Shown piece by piece: positions 26,349-32,000 of a DNA stretch of 32,000 nucleotides. Source of the DNA: Delftia acidovorans NBRC 14950 (lineage in GTDB: Bacteria > Pseudomonadota > Gammaproteobacteria > Burkholderiales > Burkholderiaceae_C); assembly GCF_001598795.1 (NCBI RefSeq), contig NZ_BCZP01000032.1, positions 1 to 32,000 of the forward strand. Reading direction: 5' to 3'. The position numbers were made by a program, and so were the translations under genes. A model generated the notes under the pieces. It saw only the letters and a program-made list of their open reading frames with translations. It made no database searches and was not told the origin of the DNA. Position 1 is the stretch's first letter, and the number at the start of each line of letters is the position of its first letter.

Positions 26349-27431
26349 ATGAGCCTCGTCCAGCCCTTGCCCCCCGGTCCGCTCGACATCGTCGGCGACA
26401 TCCATGGAGAGTCCGAGGCGCTGGACCAGCTGCTGGGGCACCTGGGCTACGACGCGCTGGGCCGCCATCCCCAGGGTCGGCGCCTGGTCTTCGTCGGCGA
26501 CTTCTGCGACCGGGGGCCCGACAGCCCGGGCGTGCTCGCCCGCGTCGTGCCCATGCTGGAGTCGGGCCATGCGCTGGCCGTGCTCGGCAACCATGAAATC
26601 AACCTGCTGCGCGAGGATGCCAAGGACGGCTCCGGCTGGTTCTTCGACAGCCGCGTGGCCTCCGATACGCCCAAGTACGCGCCGTTCGCGCGCATGCCGC
26701 TGTGCGATATCCCTGACACCCTGGCCCTGCTGGAACGCCTGCCCATTGCCATGGAGCGCGAGGACCTGCGCGTGGTCCATGCGGCCTGGCGCCCGCAGCA
26801 GATCGCCATGGCGCGCGAGCTGCCGCTGGGCAGCGCACGCAGCGCCTATGACCACTACGAGGCCCTGGCCGCCCAGCAGGCCCAGGTCAACAAGGTGGCC
26901 GAGCGCATGCGTGCCGAACGCCAGCAATGGCCGCATGACCTGGAAGACCGCAACTGGCTGCCGCCCTTCCTGCCCGCGCACAGCGAGAGCGAACTGGCCA
27001 AGGCCATGGTCAATCCGCTGAAGGTGCTGACCTCGGGCGTGGAGCGCGAATGCCGCAATCCCTTCTACGCGGGCGGCAAGTGGCGCTTCGTCGAGCGCGT
27101 GGCCTGGTGGAACGAATACGAGGATGCCCAGGCCGTGGTCGTGGGCCACTACTGGCGGCGCCTGAACCGGGGCGGCCCGTCCTTCCACGGCGCGCAGGCC
27201 GAGAACCTGTTCGGCCAGACCGGTCCGCTGTCCTGGCACGGCCGGCGCGGCAATGTGTTCTGCGTGGACTACTCGGTCGGCGGCCGCTGGAACGCCCGCC
27301 TGGCCGGCGAGGACCCGCAGCAGCGCTTCAAGCTCGCCGCCATGCGCTGGCCAGAGCGCCGCCTGGTGTTCGACGACGGTGCCCAGGCGGACAGCGAGGA
27401 GTTTGGCGTTACGGCGGCCGCTGCCGCATAA
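26349..27431 (+). CDS. PPP-family metallophosphoesterase (360 aa)
   Basis: Motifs GDIHG, GDFCDRGPDS, GNHE and later VVGHYW, followed by a long C-terminal region I cannot assign. Confidence 0.8.
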   Translation: MSLVQPLPPGPLDIVGDIHGESEALDQLLGHLGYDALGRHPQGRRLVFVGDFCDRGPDSPGVLARVVPMLESGHALAVLGNHEINLLREDAKDGSGWFFDSRVASDTPKYAPFARMPLCDIPDTLALLERLPIAMEREDLRVVHAAWRPQQIAMARELPLGSARSAYDHYEALAAQQAQVNKVAERMRAERQQWPHDLEDRNWLPPFLPAHSESELAKAMVNPLKVLTSGVERECRNPFYAGGKWRFVERVAWWNEYEDAQAVVVGHYWRRLNRGGPSFHGAQAENLFGQTGPLSWHGRRGNVFCVDYSVGGRWNARLAGEDPQQRFKLAAMRWPERRLVFDDGAQADSEEFGVTAAAAA

Positions 27432-27437
27432 CACGCG

Positions 27438-29927
27438 CTAGATCCGCGGCGCGTAGCGCAGCGTCAGCAACAGCGACCTGGGCGCACCGTAGTAGTTGTT
27501 GCCCGACACCGTGTTGTAAGAAGGCACGTAGTAGCGCTTGTCCAGCAGGTTGCTGACGTTGAGCGCCACGCTCAGCTCGGGCGAGACCTGGTAGGCCACG
27601 CGTGCATTCCACAGCGCAAAGCCTGCCAGGCGGAAGGCGCGGTCGGAGCTGAGGGTGTCGGTCTGCGCATTCACGCCCGTGCCCACCGTCCAGCGGCCCA
27701 GCTCGCCCGGCAGGCGGTAGCTGCCCCACAGGCGCAGCATGTGCCGGGGCGTCCAGGTGTTGAAGATCTGGCCCTGGTAGTCGGGGTCGGACAGGTAGCG
27801 CGTGGTGTTGTAGGTGTAGCCGGCCGCCAGTTCCAGGCCTGTGGCGACCTTGCCGGAGACCTCGGCCTCCAGGCCCTGGCTGCGCACCTTGCCCGAGGAG
27901 CGCGAGCAGTACCAGTCATCGCATGCAAAGCCGCTGTCGTAGTCGTTGACGGCGCGGTTTTTGTGCTCGTAGCGGAACACGGCCAATGCCATGTTCAGGC
28001 GGCCGTCGGCCATCTCGCCCTTGATGCCGGCCTCGTAGTTGCGGCCCTGCACCGGCTTGATGAGGTCGCCCTGCACGGTGCGCGCGGTCTGCGGCTCGAA
28101 GACGGTGGAGTAGCTGCTGTACAGCGACCAGGTGTCGTTGAGCGCATAGACGGCACCCGCGTAGGGGATGAAACGCCCCGTGGTCTTGCTGGTGGAAGAA
28201 TCGCCCGATTGCGCGCGGTAGGCGAAGTCATTCCAGCCCAGGCGCCCCCCGGCGATCAGCGTGAACGCCTGCGTGGGCCTGACACGCCAGGTGCCGTACA
28301 GGCCCTTTTGCGTGATGTCGTAGTTGCTGCGCACATCCGCGCCACGCGCGGCGATGCTTTCCATGTCCTGCCAGGGGCGGTTGTGGTCTATATCGAAGAT
28401 GTTGCCGCCCGCGGTCCAGGCGCGCACGAAGCGGTCGCTGGTGGTGTAGCCAGCGTAGTTGGCGCCCAGCAGCACTTCCTGCTCCATGCCCAGCGCCTTG
28501 AAACGGCCCGACAGCGACATGTCCAGGCCGCGCTGCTGGTTGTTGAAGTCCACGCCGAAATCGCCGTAGCTCATGCCACTGCCATCGGGCTTGATAGGGC
28601 CCACGGCGCGCTGGTGCACGTTGGTGTTCTTCTCGTTCATGGCCATGCCCACCATCTTGAAGCGCCAGTCCGCATTGAAGCGGTGTTCCAGGTCGGCGAA
28701 CAGCATGTTCTGGTCATTGCCTGCGCGGTTCCACATGGCGCCTGTGTAGGTGGAGCGCGGCAGGCCGATGTCGCTGCCGTCGGCAAAGCGCGGCAGGCCC
28801 ACGATCATGGGGCGCGAGCGGCTGTGGCGCTGCCCCACGGCCAGGCCCACCGTGGTGCTGGCGCTGATGTCGTAGTCCAGCGCCGCGTAGATGTTGCGCG
28901 TGCGGTCGCGCGTGTATTCGGTGAACCCGTGGCTGTAGTCCCCGTCCAGCACCACGCGGCCGCGCAGCGTGCCTTCGGCATTGAGCGGCGTGCTGGCATC
29001 CATCTGCAGGCCGTAGTGGTCATGGGAGCCGAGCTTGCCAGTGAAGACCACGGAGCGCTCGCGGCCCGGGCGCTTGCGCACCAGGTTGATCGCGCCGCCG
29101 GGGCTGCCCGCACCCTGCAGCAGGCCGGCCGCGCCGCGCAGGATTTCCACGCGGTCATAGAACACCAGCGACTCCTGCTCCCAGTTGCCCAGGCTGTAGG
29201 TATTGCGCGTGAACGGCAGGCCGTCGTACTGCAGCGAGTCCACCGCAAAGCCGCGCGCATTGATGGCCAGGCCTGCGCCCACGCCCTGCACAGCCACCAT
29301 GCCGGTGGCGTTGTGGATGGCGTCGGGCAGGCTGGTCATGCCCTGGTCGTCCATGCGCTGGCGCGTGAGCACGCTGACCGATTGCGGAATGTCCTTGAGC
29401 GCCTGCGCGGTCTTGCCCAGCGTGACCGTGCCACTGGTGTAGGAGTCCGAGCCTTCGGTGACGCCGTCACGGATGCGCGTGTCGGTCACCATGACGGCCG
29501 GCAGGCCCGCCTCTGCCCCAGCGGCGGCCTGGCCGCGCGATGTGCGCACCTCGGGCAAGGGGCGCAGCGCATAGCCGCCATTGGGCTGCGCATGGGCGGC
29601 CAGCCCCGTGCCGGCCAGCAGCGCATCCAGGGCCGCAGGCGCTGCATGGTTTCCACTCAGGCCCGCGCTGCGCCTGCCCGTGATGTCGGCCGCCGTGTAC
29701 GACAGCATGACGCGGCTTTCCTGGGCGAAGCGGGCCAGCGCGCCCTCCAGCGGGCCTGCCGGTATGGCGTAGCTGCGCACTTCGGAGGGTGACTGGGCCT
29801 GGGCCTGCGCGGTTTGCGGCGCAAGGGCTGCGCTGACGGCGCACAGCGCCAGCGTGGTGCTGGCAGCCAGTGCCAGCGAATGGCGCCGGAAGGCCGGTGC
29901 CGCAGTGTGAGCAAGTCGTTGGACCAT
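27438..29927 (-). CDS. TonB-dependent siderophore receptor/transducer with N-terminal signalling (STN) domain, FecA-like
   Basis: Signal peptide ...ALAPQTAQAQA. STN-type extension YAIPAGPLEGALARFAQESRVMLSYTAADITGRRSAGLSGNHAAPAALDALLAGTGL. Plug (LPAVMVTD TonB box) and beta-barrel. It lies directly downstream of fecI/fecR homologues. Confidence 0.9.
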   Translation of the reverse strand: MVQRLAHTAAPAFRRHSLALAASTTLALCAVSAALAPQTAQAQAQSPSEVRSYAIPAGPLEGALARFAQESRVMLSYTAADITGRRSAGLSGNHAAPAALDALLAGTGLAAHAQPNGGYALRPLPEVRTSRGQAAAGAEAGLPAVMVTDTRIRDGVTEGSDSYTSGTVTLGKTAQALKDIPQSVSVLTRQRMDDQGMTSLPDAIHNATGMVAVQGVGAGLAINARGFAVDSLQYDGLPFTRNTYSLGNWEQESLVFYDRVEILRGAAGLLQGAGSPGGAINLVRKRPGRERSVVFTGKLGSHDHYGLQMDASTPLNAEGTLRGRVVLDGDYSHGFTEYTRDRTRNIYAALDYDISASTTVGLAVGQRHSRSRPMIVGLPRFADGSDIGLPRSTYTGAMWNRAGNDQNMLFADLEHRFNADWRFKMVGMAMNEKNTNVHQRAVGPIKPDGSGMSYGDFGVDFNNQQRGLDMSLSGRFKALGMEQEVLLGANYAGYTTSDRFVRAWTAGGNIFDIDHNRPWQDMESIAARGADVRSNYDITQKGLYGTWRVRPTQAFTLIAGGRLGWNDFAYRAQSGDSSTSKTTGRFIPYAGAVYALNDTWSLYSSYSTVFEPQTARTVQGDLIKPVQGRNYEAGIKGEMADGRLNMALAVFRYEHKNRAVNDYDSGFACDDWYCSRSSGKVRSQGLEAEVSGKVATGLELAAGYTYNTTRYLSDPDYQGQIFNTWTPRHMLRLWGSYRLPGELGRWTVGTGVNAQTDTLSSDRAFRLAGFALWNARVAYQVSPELSVALNVSNLLDKRYYVPSYNTVSGNNYYGAPRSLLLTLRYAPRI

Positions 29928-30060
29928 GAAATATCTCTTCCCTGAAAAGTGGCTTCTTCAGGACTTGCCACGCGAGAAAAGAAAACACCTCATGCCAACG
30001 GGTCCAGGCATCAGTCAAATTGCAACAATTCGCAACAACAACCATCCGACCTGTCTTGGC

Positions 30061-31068
30061 TCATGTCCGGTTCTGCCGGGCGCGCACGGTCAGCCAGTAG
30101 CGGCCAAAGCCGGTGAGCTCGATGGGCTGGGTGCGCACCAGCATGTCGAGCACGCGGTCGGTCTCGTCCAGCGGATACATGCCCGAGACGCGCAGCGAGG
30201 CGAGCGCGGGATCGCAGGCCAGGCGGCCCCTGCGGTGGCGCGCCAGCTCGGCAATGAAGTCGGTCAGCGGCATGTCCCGCGCGGCCAGCAGGCCTGTGCT
30301 CCAGGCGGCGGCCAGTTCGTCGGCGGGCTGGGGCGCGTCCACGGCAAGGCGGTCAAAGCCGGCCTGCTCGCCCGCGGCCAGAATGCGCACGGCCTGCGGG
30401 GCGTCGGCCGGCCGCACCTCGACCGCGCCCTCATAGACGGCCACATGGCTGGCGCCATCGCGCTGGCGCACCGCAAAGCGCGTGCCCAGCGCACGCAGCC
30501 GCCCTTGCGCGGTTTCAACCAGAAAGGGGCGGGCCTGCGGGTCGCTGGCCGTGGTGACCAGCACCTCGCCGCCCAGTAGCCGCAGCAGGCGCTGGCTGGC
30601 GTCAAAGCGCACGTCGATGGCGCTGGCCGTGTTCAGGTGGATGCGCGTGCCATCGGCCAGGGTCAGTGCCTGGCGCTCGCCGGTGGCCGTGCGGTGGTCG
30701 GCCGACCATTCGCGCCAATCGCCGCGTTGTAGCCACCAGGCGCTGCTGCCCGTGAACGCGGCCAGGGCCAGCAGCTTCATGGCCTGGCGCCGGCCGCGCG
30801 CACGGCTGCGGCGCGGCTGCAGCGCCCCATGCGCCAGCGGTGCGGGCAGATCGCGCAGGTGCAGGCCGCAGGCCTCGATGTGCCGCCAGGCGCGCTCATG
30901 GTCGGGATGATCGGCACGCCAGCGCCGCCACGAGGCCTGCGTGTCCTCGCCGGCATCGCAGGCCTGCAGGGCCACCAGCCATTGCACGGCCTGCAGGCTC
31001 ACGGCTTCTGAAACGGGTGGGCCTTCAAAAACGGGCAGGCCGGTGGATGCGTGGCGGAATTCGGTCAT
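30061..31068 (-). CDS. FecR-family anti-sigma factor / sigma regulator
   Basis: N-terminal anti-sigma segment AVQWLVALQ...WRRWRADHPDHERAWRHIE, a TM segment LLALAAFTGSSAWW, and a periplasmic FecR domain. Confidence 0.85.
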   Translation of the reverse strand: MTEFRHASTGLPVFEGPPVSEAVSLQAVQWLVALQACDAGEDTQASWRRWRADHPDHERAWRHIEACGLHLRDLPAPLAHGALQPRRSRARGRRQAMKLLALAAFTGSSAWWLQRGDWREWSADHRTATGERQALTLADGTRIHLNTASAIDVRFDASQRLLRLLGGEVLVTTASDPQARPFLVETAQGRLRALGTRFAVRQRDGASHVAVYEGAVEVRPADAPQAVRILAAGEQAGFDRLAVDAPQPADELAAAWSTGLLAARDMPLTDFIAELARHRRGRLACDPALASLRVSGMYPLDETDRVLDMLVRTQPIELTGFGRYWLTVRARQNRT

Positions 31069-31078
31069 GGGCTGGCGC

Positions 31079-31606
31079 TCAGCCGCCGAAGAAGCAGCAG
31101 TGCGCGGCCTTGGCGATATGGCGCTGCACGGTGGCCAGCGACAGCTGCAGCTCGGCCGCGATGTCGGCCTGCTTCATGCCGTCGAGCTGCGACAGCAGGA
31201 AGGCACGGCGCACGGGCAGCGCCAGCGTGTCCAGGCGGCGGTCCAGCTCGACCAGCGTCTCCAGCAGGATGGCGCGCGTCTCGGGGCCCGACACCTGCGG
31301 CTCGGGCAAATGCGCCAGCGTGGCCAGGTACGCCTCTTCGATTTGCCTGCGCCGCATGAAATTGGCCACCACGCCCTGCGCCACCGTGGTCAGAAAGGCA
31401 CGCGGCTCGCGTGCGGCAATGGGCTCGCCGCGCGTGAGCAGGCGCATGAAAGTGTCCTGCGCCAGATCGGCGGCCTCCGTGGAATTGCCCAATCGCCGCC
31501 GCAGCCAGCCCTGGAGCCAGCCATGGTGGACGCGGTACAGCGTATCGACCTCTTGGTGCAAAGCGGCGGGGGCGGCGGGCAAGACAGGCTCCTGGTGCGG
31601 CAGCAC
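31079..31606 (-). CDS. ECF sigma-70 factor, FecI-like
   Basis: Region 2 LYRVHHGWLQGWLRRRLGNSTEAADLAQDTFMRLL and region 4 LPVRRAFLLSQLDGMKQADIAAELQLSLATVQRHIAKA. Its stop lies 10 nt upstream of the fecR-like start. Confidence 0.9.
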   Translation of the reverse strand: MLPHQEPVLPAAPAALHQEVDTLYRVHHGWLQGWLRRRLGNSTEAADLAQDTFMRLLTRGEPIAAREPRAFLTTVAQGVVANFMRRRQIEEAYLATLAHLPEPQVSGPETRAILLETLVELDRRLDTLALPVRRAFLLSQLDGMKQADIAAELQLSLATVQRHIAKAAHCCFFGG

Positions 31607-31626
31607 GTGCAGGCGTGCGCCACATG

Positions 31627-31645
31627 AATGAGAAAGATTCTCATT
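31627..31645. promoter_or_regulatory. Fur box upstream of the ECF sigma gene
   Basis: 19-bp palindrome AATGAGAA-AGA-TTCTCATT with perfect 8-bp arms, resembling the consensus GATAATGATAATCATTATC. It lies 21-39 nt upstream of the fecI-like ATG in an AT-rich patch. Confidence 0.75.
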
Positions 31646-31782
31646 CTATAAGGATTAGGCCTTGATGCCCTCCCCTTCGCAAACCGGCGCGCTCCAGAAC
31701 CAGAGACACCGAGGAAGAGCCGCCTCGCACCGAGAGTGTCGTCCCCCTTCAGGGGGAAGGCGCGCAGCGCCTCAGGGGGTCT

Positions 31783-32000
31783 TCAAAAGCTACCGCGCAG
31801 CGTCAGCATCACATTGCGTGGCTCGCCATACCAGTTGTTGCCACCGCTGGTGCCCACCGTGCGGTAGTAGACCTTGTCGAACAGGTTGTTCAGGTTGAGC
31901 ACGGCCTGCCAGTTGCGGTTGATGCGGTACTGCACGCTGGCATTCCACACGGCATAGCCGCCCTGGCTGAACTTGAAGGGCACGGCCGCGCCATCGAACT
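31783..32000 (-). CDS. TonB-dependent receptor, C-terminal fragment; the gene continues past the window edge
   Basis: Barrel end YAVWNASVQYRINRNWQAVLNLNNLFDKVYY...YGEPRNVMLTLRGSF with a terminal aromatic residue. The reading frame is open to position 32000. Confidence 0.8.
   Translation of the reverse strand, partial: FDGAAVPFKFSQGGYAVWNASVQYRINRNWQAVLNLNNLFDKVYYRTVGTSGGNNWYGEPRNVMLTLRGSF

Noticed and set aside
24834-27431. An 865-aa ORF spanning thyA, folA and the phosphoesterase gene.
   Set aside because: Only its last 360 codons (from the ATG at 26349) carry a real protein signature (GDIHG/GDxxDRG/GNHE). The upstream part is an out-of-frame read-through across thyA and folA.
27429-27440. 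Very tight convergent junctions without terminators: 6 bp between the phosphoesterase and receptor stops, 13 bp at 19273-19285, and 16 bp at 20686-20701.
   Set aside because: This is common in compact GC-rich genomes and there is no specific structure. It is noted only as possible transcriptional interference.
31744-31757. A CCCCC-TTCA-GGGGG hairpin (and a nearby GGCGC-GCA-GCGCC) downstream of the second receptor gene.
   Set aside because: The stems are short with no T tract on the relevant strand, which is too weak to call a terminator.

Overview
High-GC chromosomal segment. Protein sequences, glyA-nrdR synteny and a ZTP riboswitch on glyA suggest a betaproteobacterium of the Burkholderiales/Comamonadaceae type (inference). 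I support 26 CDSs (one of them partial), mostly housekeeping. They include two large DUF349 and DUF748/AsmA-like genes, an SLT lytic transglycosylase, glyA behind a ZTP (pfl) riboswitch, nrdR, aroC, metY, a CBS-pair protein, two alpha/beta hydrolases, DUF962, YihY, DUF2069, a GlcD/D2HGDH-like flavoenzyme, a lipoprotein, thyA-folA and a PPP-family metallophosphoesterase. A Fur-box-controlled FecI/FecR/FecA-type iron-uptake signalling module follows, plus the 3' end of a second TonB-dependent receptor. I saw no rRNA, tRNA, CRISPR array, transposase, integrase or phage genes, so this is core genome, not an island. The long opposite-strand and alternative-frame ORFs in the track are GC-rich shadow ORFs. 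The most unusual locus is 15204-19272. A Tat-exported acetamidase/formamidase-family enzyme is transcribed divergently from one 810-aa ORF. That ORF fuses a complete AraC-type regulator to a second, signal-less copy of the same amidase domain, and the linker holds what looks like a decayed Tat signal. I read this as an enzyme paralogue recruited as the sensor module of a one-component regulator, an architecture I do not recognise as characterised. Secondary items are a 767-bp gene-free region with strong stem-loops (6720-7486), operator-like repeats in two divergent promoter regions, and a Cys/His motif ahead of the twin-arginine motif.
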